The notes under the pieces: generated by a model | What the model was told of the DNA's origin: nothing | What the model saw: the letters and a program-made list of their open reading frames with translations, nothing else | Databases searched by the model: none | Source: Strigamia acuminata | Taxonomy: Eukaryota | DNA length: 64,000 bases | Direction: 5' to 3' | Assembly (NCBI GenBank): GCA_949358305.1 | Contig: OX442314.1 | Span: 10,540,001 to 10,604,000, forward strand | Part shown: positions 51,063 to 64,000 of the stretch, in pieces | Layout of the letters: each line of letters opens with the position of its first letter | Position numbering within the stretch: position 1 is the first letter of the stretch | Made by a program: the position numbers and the translations under genes

Positions 51063-52092
51063 TTGTTCCGTTTTCAGTGCTCGATCGTGCCTTAAGCCGG
51101 CCCTTGCAGCATTGTCCCAAAAGGAATTAATAAGGTAATCTTCCCAGCCAATACACGCTAAGAAATGAGTTCAGCCTTAGCAACAGACACGGCATCTTCG
51201 CAACGAACATCTGCTCAAAGTGAATTAATTGTTAGTTGGAGCGCTCTGATGTGATCAGTGCCCTCTTTCAATAAAGCGAACAAGTTTATCGCTACTTTAT
51301 TCCTGATGCGTGATAAAGCCAGCAGTAATATGCCAACTGACCAAAGAAAATTAGTGGAATCTGTGGGCAGAAAATCCTCAGCCCCAGAACCAATTTTGCA
51401 TGCGCAGTGGTGCTAGTAGACGACCTCCACCACAAGCAGAAGCGCTGTTGGACTCTCCCGTCTCTTAGAATGCATTTGTTCATCGGCTCGCAATCAATAA
51501 ATTTTCCATTCTCGAAATCCAATCAATTTGAGATCAAACGATAAAACGCAATCAAATTAGCATCAACAAATTCATATTGGTAGACCTCTCTCTACCAGTC
51601 CTATCCATATAAGCAGTTGCTCGTTCATTTTCCATTTCGTTTTCCCCCTTCGCGACAACCCTTGAAAACCGAACATAAGTGCACTGACAATAGCTTTGCC
51701 AATCCAAACACGGATTACAAACTACTCGGTATATGGACAGATCATTAATGACGTCAGTTTAAAGCCCCGCTGTGAATATTAATCAAAGAGTTGGGAATAA
51801 ATCATGTCGTCTTAAGGTGGGCTGTATCGTTTTGAGGTCGGGTGTTTGAGTCCTGTTCGACGGAGATAAGAAGCTAGACATGTTCGGCAACCCTCCAATC
51901 ACCGAGCGACACCATCAACTTCTCATTCAAGGAGCTCCCCCTTATTTTTCTATGGGAAAAAACATGGATATGCAAACACGTTAGTTATTATTTCATGTTG
52001 TGGATTCAGGTGAGAAAAATTAAATTACCAAAATAATAAAAAAAAAAATAAAATATAAATGTAAAGGTCCGAATAAACGATTTACAGAACTC

Positions 52093-52566
52093 TAAAGCCC
52101 GGATAAATGCATAAATGCATAGGAATTATTTTTATTCAATAATAAGCCGAAATTGGCTAAAAATCAGAAATAAATGCATAAATCGGCATTTTTCCGAAAA
52201 ACAACGACGATTTGTGTCTTTTTTTAACGATACGTAACATGTAAATATGCTTGCGTTCGGAAAACTGAGGACTTCGCCAAAAACAGACACCAGGGGAAGT
52301 CACTAAATTATAGTGTCTGGAAAAAGTTTTAAGAAACAAACAAATAAATAAATAAATAAATAAAAATAAATTGTAATTACTAATTATAATTCATTTACAT
52401 CAAGAAAACTTTGAAATGACATTAAGTAGTTATTTAAAACCTGATTTCGCTCAAATAAATTTTTTTATTTTATATATTTTATTTTTATTTTGCATAAAAT
52501 GGAATTTTTGGTGCATATTTTATGCGCATAAAACAAATTTTATTTTGCATAAATATCCGGGTTCTA
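52093..52566. mobile_element. hAT-like MITE
   Basis: Inverted ends TAAAGCCCGGATA / TATCCGGGTTCTA with TGCATAAA subterminal repeats. No clean TSD. Confidence 0.6.
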
Positions 52567-53071
52567 GAAATAACTAATAGTCACTTCATACGAAGCAAAA
52601 TGATAACTCGCAATGTGGGCATGTAGAAAGTTGAGAATTACAAGTAAATCAAATTTCAAAATTGTGATACAAACAAACACTGAAGCATTCGGGGTTGTCC
52701 GCTTTAAATTTTTATTGGTGGAAAGAAATGAAGAGTTTTAGTATTTCACTTGTTGAAAAATCTTGCAATTACTATTATTGACCGTTTGAGATCAACCAGA
52801 GGCTAGAGACAATCCAACTACAACCTTCCATTGTTACTAAGCCTGCAATTTAACCTTTGAACTTGCTGGAAAGAACAGTCGACTTATACTTCAATGTCTT
52901 GGAAAGCCAATAATTGTATTGTTTGCAACATTTTAACCTTCTACAGAAGTAAATGCCAATTGTTTCTATTTTTTTTCTTCTTCTTACAATTGTTTAAAAA
53001 ACTTGGTATTCTTGTAATAACCTACAATGCTATCTACAGATGAATAATTAGAACAGCATCCACAAAAAGCC

Positions 53072-53280
53072 CAGACAATTCAACAATGAACTACAAAAAT
53101 TAAAAACCAAGACAATTCAATAATTCAACAAAAATTTAAAACCAAGACAATTCAACAATGAACTACAAAAATTAAAAACCAGGACAATTCAACAATGAAC
53201 TACAAAAATTAAAAACCAGAACAATTCAACAATGAACTACAAAAATTAAAAACCAAGACAATTCAACAATGAACTACAAC
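53072..53280. repeat. ~38-bp tandem repeat (GACAATTCAACAATGAACTACAAAAATTAAAAACCA)
   Basis: About 5.5 visible copies. Confidence 0.9.
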
Positions 53281-54199
53281 AATCCACCAAACACAGCAAA
53301 CAAAACACCGATAACAACAACAGCCGAAAACAATTGAAAGCTTTCGCACAGTTTGTAATAAAATGCCATTTTTCTAAAAAAGGGAAAAAATGATTTTGAT
53401 GAGTATAAAAACTCTTGTGTATCATAAAAAATATCCATTAGGGTGTAAAAAAATACCCAATAGTGCATTACACGGAGCTCCCCACCAGCTTTGTAAAGAT
53501 TAAGCTTGAAACTGCACACTTCGAAACAGATTTCCTTCAAACTGAAATAAGTTTGAAAAGTTTTGAAGCAAATTGAAACAACTTAAAATAAAGAAGAAAT
53601 TCAAAAACCATCATTTAAAATATCTTGAAAAATGTGGTCAAACTACGGCCACCAAATGGTGAATACAAAATATTCTGACCTGGGCCGTCAGGTTTTTCAA
53701 CCTCAAGCCACAGATTTTAGTTATTCAGATTTTGTTTCACAACATTGAGATTTCAACATTGATGATAAAAAAGTTGTTCTGGTTCAGGTTCTGATTTGTA
53801 GTCGCAACCGTGACTCAGGACGTAGTGGATAATCGCCAAGCAACCATCTACCTTGAAGTGCTAGAAGAACTGTCCTGTGACCACATTACAAGCTTTTTAA
53901 ACTGCATCCCTTGTCCCACTGGTGAAGAGACCACTTCTTGGATTGCAGTTCCTCCTAAAAGGATGGTATTGAGATTATGCTTGTATGGGGTTATTTACAT
54001 CAAGATGTGGTTGGAGATAAAATTGGACACGTGTTACATGTTAAACAGGAAGTGAGATTTATTCTCTTATTAGTTACATGTATATTCAAATACGCTTGTA
54101 TGCCACCTGACGATGATGCACCGAACAATATCACCAACAGATGGACCTGATGAATGCTGCTCTATTGGTTAGGCAATGACCGATGATTGACAAACAGTC

Positions 54200-54607
54200 A
54201 CAGAATTTCTTTTTGACGTAGAACTACATCTAAGAGGACAATCCAACATTATCCATGTAGCGGAAGTAAAAACCAAACAATCCCTTCTCCACATGGTTCT
54301 ACTTTGCAGCACAGTTACTACTGAGCCCCTCTGAATCTTTTTTTGACGTTGAACTACGTCTAGGAGGATAATCCAACACCATCCATGTGACGGAAGTAAT
54401 AACCCAAATAAACAATACCACGATAGAAAACAATTCCAGAAATAAACCGTGCTACAATAGAAAGCAATTCCAGGAATAAACAGTGCTACAATAGAAAGTT
54501 ATTCCAGGAATAAACCGTGCTACAATAGAAAGCAATTCCAGGAATAAACAGTGCTACAATAGAAAGTTATTCCAGGAATAAACCGTGCTACAATAGAAAG
54601 CAATTCC
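54200..54607. repeat. ~130-bp direct duplication followed by a 31-bp tandem repeat with alternating variants
   Basis: TTTTTGACGT(A/T)GAACTAC...CGGAAGTAA occurs twice. GTGCTACAATAGAAAG(CA/TT)ATTCCAGGAATAAAC(A/C) follows about six times. Confidence 0.85.
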
Positions 54608-54997
54608 CATCAAGAGATGGCACTAAAAACACAACAAACAATCACATCCCCATGTTCTGTTGCAGCATAGTTGCTACTGATAACACAGACTCACATCCAT
54701 ATGTTCAGTGCGTTTTATCACCGATGGTGCCACACAATATACAGGGTGTTTCGTTTAAGACGCCACAGTCAATTTCCAGAATAAGTATATGCTTTTTTAA
54801 AAAACCAAGCAGACTAGCCTATAGCAAAGTAGGGATGACGAATCCAATGGTGTAATCAAATTTTATGCCAGACATGCAACAATGCACTTTTCATTTGCTA
54901 ACTAGTTAGCTGATCGAGATAGAGCAAAATTGCCAATTACAAAGTTGTAGAGCACCATCAAATTAGTACTATCCAACTTATCTTAGTCACCTTAAGT

Positions 54998-55155
54998 TGT
55001 TGGATGTAAGGTGATTGAGGTTGTTGGGAATAACGAACAAGGTGTTAACGTTAACGTGGTAAAACAGGAAGTGGTTCCCTTAAAGTTTATTACGTATTTA
55101 TACATAAGGCACTAGGTGGCGCTCCATAGAAATGACATCATAGGACATCCCAACA
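54998..55155. mobile_element. Solo LTR (158 bp), family B copy 2
   Basis: TGTTGG...CCAACA. 5-bp TSD TAAGT at 54993-54997 and 55156-55160. Homologous to 30861-31019. Confidence 0.88.
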
Positions 55156-58100
55156 TAAGTTAACAACAGGTAACCAACATGCTTAGTTGGCAAGCAATGC
55201 ATGACACGTGACTGCTGTCATCCAATCAGCACACAGAAGAAAAAATCAATAGGAAATAACACACGGATACGTGTCCATTTTATCCTTGGTTCATGCTACT
55301 GTGCCCCCTTCTGAATCTTTTTCTTTTAAAATTTTATTTCCAGAAAGAATAAAACAACGGAACACTCGACGTCTTCTCAAGACACCGGCAGCATCGACCA
55401 CAGTAAATATTGAACTTATTCTGCTTGGGAGTTAAAATTTCTGAAGCAATTATGCAGCACACTTTACACTGAAAGAAACAGGACATTTTTAATACAAGAA
55501 AAATCTAAAAAAAATCCTTGGAGCAGAAAAAAAAATCATAACAGTAACAGCTGTAGCAACAAGTCCAATTCCTCTACACATGAAGAGTCTTTCCTACAAC
55601 TAAAAAGAAAGCAAAAGAAATAAATAAACAACAAAAAATAAAAAATAAAAACCTTAGAAAAATGAAATCTGGCTTAAAAAAAATTCCATTGAGTAAAAAA
55701 AAAAAAATTAATTAATTAACAATTCCCTAATGGTAAATTTTAATAAGAAAAAGAGACATGAGCCAAATTTGATTCAGTTTCTCCGCCATTCATTTCATGG
55801 TTCATTCATTTACCACACGGCTGTGGTAAAAAAAAAAAGATCTTTTTAAATTTAAAGTTCATCAAACTTTTATTTCTTAAGCTCACCATCACAGTTTCAA
55901 GCTCATCTAACACCAATCTGGCCATTCACCAGGAAATGCGCACCTTTTCTGAAGATTCATTGCTATTGCTTGGAATTTCCACCATTTCGCTTGTTTCGTC
56001 AACTCCCATAGGAATAACATGGGAAGCGCCAAGAAAGACCGAAGATAATGATGAAAAATGTGTCAAAAATTCAAAATGGCCGGCGAATTTGATCGCAACG
56101 ATAAAAGTCAAATTTTACTTTAGAAAATAAAAAATAAAAAAAATCGATTTGTGCAACTTCAATTTTTCCAGAAGAAATCGAATGAATAATTCAAATGAAA
56201 TCCATTTTGACGAGTCCATGTTTATTTTCCTGGCAACTACTCATAAATACGTTACACAATTTTCTCACCAGGCGCAAAGTACAGAAACAGATAAAAATAA
56301 AATGAAATCAAAACAAAGTTCCAGTTTTATCATTATTCATTTCGAACTCCATTCCGCTTTATTTTTCAATTTTTATTCACAAATTCCCGATTCCTTCCTA
56401 ACAACAGATAAGAATTCCATTGCTCATGCTAGTTGCTAAGCAACAGTCAAAGCCGAGCACAAAACCCAATAAATGAACTCGCAGCTTCGTCCTCAAGCGG
56501 ATATTTTGTAAACTAAATGTAATCGATGCAATTGAAGATGTAGCAGGCCCCGATGTTGAGTTGGTCCTGGCGCATCGTTAAATGGAAGTTTGAAATTCAT
56601 TTCTCGTCATGACGAATGACGTAGCGAAATCCCTCCAAAAAAATTGGATTTTCGGATCAAATGATGAGATTCGATTAAATTGTTTTGGATTTTCTTTGCA
56701 AAATAATGACAAGTGAAATGAGTTGTTTGTTCGCTCCGCCTACTGTTGAAATCGGGCGTTGTTGACTTGAAATTGTGTTGCTGAGAGTTGGGCCTAATCC
56801 AGGATTTTATTGGAGTGACACTGTACTGTTCTCGCTCACTCAGGGAATGAAGAGAAAGAGGATTACTAGAAGGTCATCGTGATTTTTATCAAATTTTAAT
56901 GTTCTGTCAGTGCAGATTAATCTGAAAATTAACTGGAGACAGAATTTTCTATGTGCTGCATGAAATGCCAATAAAATGGTCAGATTATTTGACAGATACC
57001 CATTTCCAGTTCATTTGTGGCTTCAAAACTGAACTAGTGAGTCACAGCAATTCTAAGTAAAAACATTTTTGATTTGAGTTCTGTTTCTTTCTGCAGAATA
57101 AACCCAAAAACATCTATAAAGTATAAACCATCATCAAAAACTGCAAAAACAGAACTAGTTTTCGAAGTGGTTCACGCATGGTTTTAATCAAATTCAAAAT
57201 GGCTGCCACACAGGTCAAACTCCAAATTGTTCTTGAAGTTAAACCTTTCACCACCAAAAAACGTGAGTAAAAGCAGAAATGTGTTGAAAGAAGTAGGCTA
57301 TAATTTGTCGATTGGGTAAAAAATTTCAAAATGGCTGCCAGAAAAACGAGTTGAAATCGGTCGAAATTCGAAATCCAAAGAATCCACCCCACACGTAGAT
57401 TATGCGAATCGGTTTTTCAATAATCCGATTCTCAAAAATATGACGCGTTTTGCATCATTTCCGCCAGGGAAAATCGAGATATTCGAGAATCGGTTTTTCG
57501 ATTTGAAATCGAACGCGCCTATAGTTTACACGATACTGAAAGTAGACTAAACAATAATTGGTGCCACTCAAGTGGAATAATATACCGGTATTGCCATATG
57601 AACAACATTCCAACAGTTTACTGGTAAAACTAAAAAAAAATTCAACAACAAACAAACTGCAAAAGCGAAATAATCTCACTGCTCATCCCATTAACAATGG
57701 TAAAATTCACCACCTATGGAATACAGTAAAAGAAACAGAAAGGCCATTTCTCTTACTTGAAATTACTATCCCAATATTTCAATTACAGCACCACTGCTGG
57801 GAACCTACAAAGGAGTCTAAGCTAGCCATTGAAACAGGCCATTTAAGCCCAATAAAACCCCAGTTTTAACATTTTCAACAACAATCATAGTAGCTCGACT
57901 TAATGACCCAAGTTACAAATTGCAAAAGTAATTGTAAGTAACTGCATTTAATAAGTAACACAAAATAAACTTAACCCCCAAATAAACTTAACAATTTAAC
58001 AGTAAGCCAATAATTTCAGATATTCAACATGCAATGTAAAGCAAGGGCATGCACCTACCTTGCAGCTAACTAAAACATACATGCCCACACTGAACAAATT

Positions 58101-58455
58101 GGAATTCATTAATTTTGAATCAAGTTTGCCCATCAGGTGTGTTATGCCAATGTTGGACAAGTAATTTATAATTTTTCTACAACTCCTAGATCCACTTATT
58201 ACCATATATATTTAAGATAGCTTATTGATTTGTCTTCTAGCTGAAATTCAATTCAATTCAATTGGAAAACAAACTCAAGCAGTACATTGTCTATGGATGA
58301 CATGAGCTTCCTAGAACAGAAATACTGATTGTAAGGAAGTGTCTGTTAAAAGGAACAATGCTGTAGTCGAAAGAAAAGCTGAATGTAAGTTATACAGCAT
58401 AGATATATCCCTTTTGCTAAAGCAGAAAGAACCACTGAGATTTAATGATATTTTC

Positions 58456-58677
58456 CAGGGGGTAAATCTCTGACATGGGCTTTCGAATCCCGTTCCGAAT
58501 CCCCGAATCCCGAATCTTTACATTTTATAAAAATTTTGATTTTTTTGTCGAAAATTGGACAAAAGTTAAAATATTTTCGACTTTTCTTTATTAAAATAAT
58601 CAATTAAATCTTTTTCAATCCAATCCTATGAAAGATTCGAATCTCTGACATGCAGATTCTGATTGTGGTACCCCCTG
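58456..58677. mobile_element. Small hAT-like MITE
   Basis: CAGGGGGTA / TACCCCCTG ends with CGAATC subterminal repeats. No TSD match. Confidence 0.55.
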
Positions 58678-58897
58678 ATGGGTTTATTAGCACATTTCAG
58701 ATAGGTTAATGCAGGTTAGGTTAGAATGCCATGTTATTCTACCCTGGCAACAATCGTTGCCAAATTTTAATCAAGCGTCTTATTTTGGACTATGAATTTT
58801 AAAGCGAGCCTACTGGCACTGAATGTACACGCAGTACAAAGACCACTAAAATCTGCATCATCTATACATACAGTATATACAAGTATATGTATAAATA

Positions 58898-59156
58898 CCG
58901 TATTTTATCAAATAAGAGCCGCGGCTCTTATTCAAAACTGCCACTTTGAGCTGAGGCTTTAATTCGGGGGCGGCTCCAATTCGGGGGCGGCTCTTATTTT
59001 AAATAGTGGCCAATATCTTACTATTACGTTCATTGAACGTATATAGCCGCGGCTACTATTCGAGGGCGGCTCGTATATCAAGTCGCCTATCTCGGCCGCG
59101 GCTACTATTCGAGGGCGACTCTTATTCGAGGGCGACTCTTATTCGGTAAAATACGG
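58898..59156. mobile_element. Tc1/mariner-type MITE, TA target
   Basis: TA|CCGTATTTTATCAAATAAGAGCCGC...GCGACTCTTATTCGGTAAAATACGG|TA, with internal TATTCGAGGGCG repeats. Confidence 0.85.
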
Positions 59157-60271
59157 TATATATATTTAAAAAATGTTGCTTCATATAGAAAGTATAATTG
59201 TTTTATTTTATTATTAAAAACTTTGCTAAAAGGGGTCCCGCAAAACCTCAAACCCAGGGCCCCCAAAACGCTAGATCAGACCCTGGTTTCCGCACTTAAA
59301 CTACATGAAAGAATCAATAAAATGCATATTTAAAAGTCTTAAAACATCTAGATTTTAAAATTTAAATTCATAAAAACGAGCCCTAAGGGTCACAGTGACA
59401 ACCGGCGCGTGCCACAATTTTACACGCCACTCTCAAATCTCAGAAGTGAGGCTTATCTGCGTGGCGGCTTATTACGGTTCTCCTGTGCATTGGCGGTGCT
59501 CCAGCGTACTACGATCGACATTGTGCCCAGGCCTGAATTAAGCCAATATTATCCCAGACAAGAACACCGGGGAGCTGCAGTAATTCGATTCCCCGTACTA
59601 GATCCTTTTGATTTCGGTCTGCTTGCTTTTTCAATCATACGTAAAATGATGGATGTCAATCCCAGCATGTTGAATATCTCATAACCTTTCGTAAAAACAA
59701 TAGAAAAAGTTTGCCAATCTCGATTTAATCTAAATATGTGTATTATGGGTTTGCAGGAAAGGTTTAACAACTTCCCCAAATCAAATCAAAATTTTTCATT
59801 TTCATTTCACTGTCATCATATTATTTAAATCCAAAATGCATATACAGTGTAACTTTTACAATAGATAAAACTAAATACAACAAGAGAATCAATAGACAGG
59901 GCAGTAACTTATCCTCTTACTGGATAGGCTGATCTTTCGTATTAGCTTACATTTAAGCTTGTTATTTATTGCAGGAAGGTACAGCCGCCAAACCATCAGA
60001 CAAAGATTAATGACACAAAAATAAACTTTTTTGGCGAACAGTAACACAACACTGCCTTTACTTTGGTTGCCCACTGTTTCTGGACTCAATAATCCCCACC
60101 TCCGTAGATAAATCTATTATGCCACCACACACAACACACTAGGATCTTCTCCATAAACAATGTGGCAGTGTTAATAGTGGAACTGTGTATGGTGTCACAG
60201 AACTATAGTAAATTGTTGATAAGCACAACTACGACCGTTAGAACTCTCAAACCTAAAAATCTAAAGTCCCA

Positions 60272-60381
60272 AAACCATCCTCTGCTACCACTTGCAGCAG
60301 TAATATGGAAAGCTACAATGAAGTTTAAACCATCCTCTGCTACCACTTGCAGCAGTAATATGGTAAGCTACAATGAAGTTT
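60272..60381 (-). repeat. Two tandem 55-bp units, each carrying a 19-nt tRNA-iMet primer-binding site
   Basis: AAACCATCCTCTGCTACCA occurs at 60272-60290 and 60327-60345. It equals the 3' end of mature initiator tRNA-Met, including CCA. Confidence 0.8.
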
Positions 60382-62173
60382 TGGGAGAAACTCGGAGAGT
60401 CAAAATATCCATGAGAAAGATTCAGGAAATTGGCTTACCTCTCAGATTCTATTCCCAGAACCTATGTTCACCCCATAGAACCTTTAGGAAATAGTCACTA
60501 ACTGTATTCAAAGAGTTACTTTCAATAAATCTATGACAATGAGGATATATGAGTTTGAAAATACAATTTAAAAAGAAAAAAAGTTGTTTGAATGCAGCTA
60601 CTATATTTCTTTCACGTCAAAGTGGATTTATCATATTGGTATTTGTTTGTGATTAATATTGATTGAGCTTCCAATTCGTTGGTTTTCTTGCAAATGCCAA
60701 TAAAACTGGAGAATCAAATGTTTTTTTTCAATTGAAGAAGAAAATGTTGAGACAACTCTTTAATCCTCTTTTCTTTTCATATACACAAAGAAAGAAAAAA
60801 AGAGAATAAAAGTAGTGAAGAGAAGACAACCCCCAACCGTACTCACCGCAGTCCCACGAGATGTCCATTGCTGGACTTGAGTTAGTGGCAAGTGGTACTT
60901 TGGAAAAGACGTTGAATTGTACTCAACATACCCGTATTGAAGAGGAGAGAGGAAAAAGTGATGCACGCGACACTGATGGAGAAGCAAACTCGGCAATAGC
61001 AGCGAGGTCCAACGACCAAGTCGGGGCTTTTGAACCACAATAAATCCCCTTAAAGTCCATAAGAGGAAGTAAAGCAACAAGGCTAAAGGGGGACACCCAT
61101 GTGTCCATCTTTATCACCCACATTTTTCTCTTCTCTTTATATTCCTTCTCCTAAAATAGAAAGCAACAAAGAAAGGAACAAACACAGCACACATGAATTG
61201 ATATCAAATAAAACGCCCAACATCCATCTTTCTACCGTTTCTTTTATTTTCATTTTTATTTTTATTTTTAAATAAAAAAGTTCTTTCAAGTTGAGTTGAA
61301 AAATTCCTCAGCGAACATGGACGAAAGAATTTTTATGGTACGGATATATTTCACCAGACAAATACGTGATTGTATTTCCCAGTAGGTGAACACGTGTGCG
61401 ATAAATGATGAGATGAGGGAGAATATCGAGAAATTAAATAGGAAAAAGAGAAGAGAGAAACCTAAAGATCGAATTTCTCCCATTTAGCGTTAGTGATATC
61501 GAAGGAAAGGCACATTCATAAAGTAATTTAGGCTAAACAGCATTTTAAACTGCTTGTCTCCATCATACTTCAAAAAGGCAGCTAATTTAATCTGTTTTCA
61601 GTCGCAGTTGGCATGCGCACAACATTTAAGTTAAGTTAAGTTAAGTTAAGAGGGATAGTGGTCTCACTCCATTAGTTCGCTTATTCGCCGTGGTAGCGCT
61701 TTGATCATTCTACAGCCTATGACTGCATTGGAAATGCGTGCTGCTTCTTATGCTGTGGTAAAATAGTGCATTTGCTTTTTGATGCATCGCAATTGAGTCT
61801 TTCACTAGCAAAGGGGTTTACCCACCGTTTTGATTGGCTCTCAGCAGACAGGTGATCGCAAGACCTGATGGAATTCAAGTTTACACACACAAAGACAGAC
61901 AGATAGGCAAACAATAATTTCCTATCCGCCATTTTTGTGTGAACAATGATGACCGAACGCGCATTTACAAACTGCAGGCAATTCAGGAATCCCTGTGATG
62001 ATTTCGTGGCTAGGAATGACTAATGCATCAATTGTTCAAAAAGCATTGAAATTTTTAATTTATTGTCTGTGTGGGTGTTTGTTCGATTTGGACCAGTAAA
62101 GGTGAGGTGACCGCATTCGGAGCAGCGAACTAGCCGTCCAGCATTAATAATTCTGTTAGATACATTAGTCAGC

Positions 62174-62792
62174 TAGGGTTTCTCTACCGGTAAATACCGG
62201 TATCATAAACCGGTATTTGTCAAGTAAATACCAAATACCGAATACCGTCTTTAATTCGGTATTGGTACCGGTTTTTTCCATTAGGTGTCACTGCAATAGT
62301 GACATTTATAACGCATGTTGAATGAGAATTTTTCACATTACAACAAAAAATTATCGATTTTTTAGCTTAAAAATGAAAATTATTGATTTTTTTTAACTTA
62401 AAAATGAAAATTATCGATTTTTTAACTTAAAAATCTAAATTTTTTTGATTTTTTAACTTCCAAATAAGAATTTACCGAATTTCTTAACTTAAAAAATCTT
62501 ATAAACTCAATTTGTCAATTAAAAAAAAAAGAATTCTTAATTTCAACTAATAAAACCAACACCTGATAACAAAACAATCCCACATTCATCAAACTTCTAC
62601 AACACATTGAAAATAATATTTAAAAAAAAATAAACAAAAATTACAATTAAAACATTACGATTAAAATAAAAGTATTTTAAATTAGCTATTTTATTTTACT
62701 TAATAACCGAAAAAATACCGATTTACCGGTTTTTTGAATATTAAATACCGAAATACCGGTTTTTCCAAAAGCCCCGATTTTGAGAAACCCTA
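62174..62792. mobile_element. hAT-like MITE (TAGGG...CCCTA)
   Basis: 11-bp TIR TAGGGTTTCTC / GAGAAACCCTA with ATACCG/CGGTAT subterminal repeats. No matching 8-bp TSD. Confidence 0.7.
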
Positions 62793-64000
62793 GCACTTCT
62801 GATCGCAAAGATTTCTGAAGAGCCTGTAGTTTGAAAATATGCGACATACAAATGTGACACACATACCACCTGTTGTTGCAATATTACAACTTTGCCAACG
62901 AATGGCAAATGTTGGAAAATCATGATATAATGCCCTTTGGCTCCGCCCACAATAATGTGACGTTATTTTTTGTGCATTTTATCTATAGCTGGCAGATGTA
63001 GAGTCCTAAGTATTGTGTAAGCATACAGCGATAGGCTTTTGTCTTTTTGGTTTTGCCGATATTTGTATTGTGTAGTAAATATTCTATCAATATATACTTT
63101 TCTTCTGCTTAAACGTATTTTATTTTGGATGAATGACTAACAACAACATGAATTTCCACTCTGATCAGCATGATTCAGTAATGAGTGCATGCTAGCATAA
63201 AGAAGCAGACGTGAATTTTTTATCCTGCAAGCAACAGAGCACAGAAATACAATAAAGCCTTGCATCCATGTACGTGAATTTTCCGGAAAAAGAAAAACCG
63301 ACAAAGTGAGGAAACTTCAACTTTCAGACCCGCCACCGCAGAAATATATTTAGTTCATGCCGCGCCGAAAATTTAATTTTAACTACCGGTATATTACTTT
63401 TTACGGTAGATTTATTCGAGGACAAGAAAAAAAATCAGAAACGACGACAAATAATTAAACTAGAAAAAAAAGTAGAAATATTAAATATTTAGAAATGGCC
63501 CTTTTTTAGTAGAAAAATGCACTATCAAGCAAAAAAAAATGCATTTGCAGACAGAATACATTTTCAGATAAAGAAATTGCAATTTCAGGTACAAAAAAAC
63601 GCATTCCTAGAAAAAAATAATACATTTTTGGAAAAAATAATGCTATTTTGCATTCTGATGTTAAAAAAACATTTTGTACGTGTACCGGGGGCCCAAAAGA
63701 ACCTAAAGAACCCCTGGCCTTCCCTTAATCCCACCTTGACTGGTAGGCCGCTTACACGCCTGGGCCGCAGCTCTTCTAGGGGCAGAAATTCACAAAAACT
63801 CTTCATTTCCATCTGAATCTATAAAAATAAAATCTAAATTTTTTATTGCGCTTCCTGGCCTCCAAATGCATGATCCCCTTCTGCTGAGACGTAAACAAGC
63901 TCTTAATTTATTATACATAAAGCAATTGAACTGACATTCGGCTCCTAGTCCTAGACCTAATCCATATGTATGCAACTCTATTACAACTTTGTTGTTTGAT

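Noticed and set aside
52695..52800. hAT transposase C-terminal (WWK...LA) remnant
   Set aside because: It needs several frameshifts and is too degraded to support without a search.
53072..54607. 31-38-bp repeat arrays as CRISPR-like
   Set aside because: The units are contiguous with no unique spacers, there are no cas genes, and the context is eukaryotic.

Overview
AT-rich eukaryotic (invertebrate, probably arthropod) genomic DNA with GT-AG introns and a 200-N scaffold gap at 2805-3004. Six host genes were reconstructed by hand with phase-consistent splicing. They are: the 5' part of papilin (-, 17 exons, cut by the gap); a compact housekeeping cluster of DTD2 (-), COA4 (+), a GPR180/TMEM145-family protein (-) and PSMD8/Rpn12 (+), arranged as two head-to-head pairs; and a long-intron PH-domain, evectin/PLEKHB-like gene (-) whose first exon is unresolved. 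The rest is a dense transposon record: an intact and apparently very young Ty1/copia element (205-bp LTRs, 5-bp TSD, tRNA-iMet PBS), two solo LTRs of a second family, a gypsy 3' remnant, and many MITEs, several of them nested. Oddities not visible in the ORF track are a chimeric cytoplasmic dynein heavy-chain pseudogene fragment, a tandem duplication of the mature tRNA-iMet 3' end (with CCA), 5S rRNA and tRNA-Ser fragments, and a probable internal promoter giving a PH-less isoform. I found no clearly new multi-gene system. All family assignments come from recalled motifs, not database searches.
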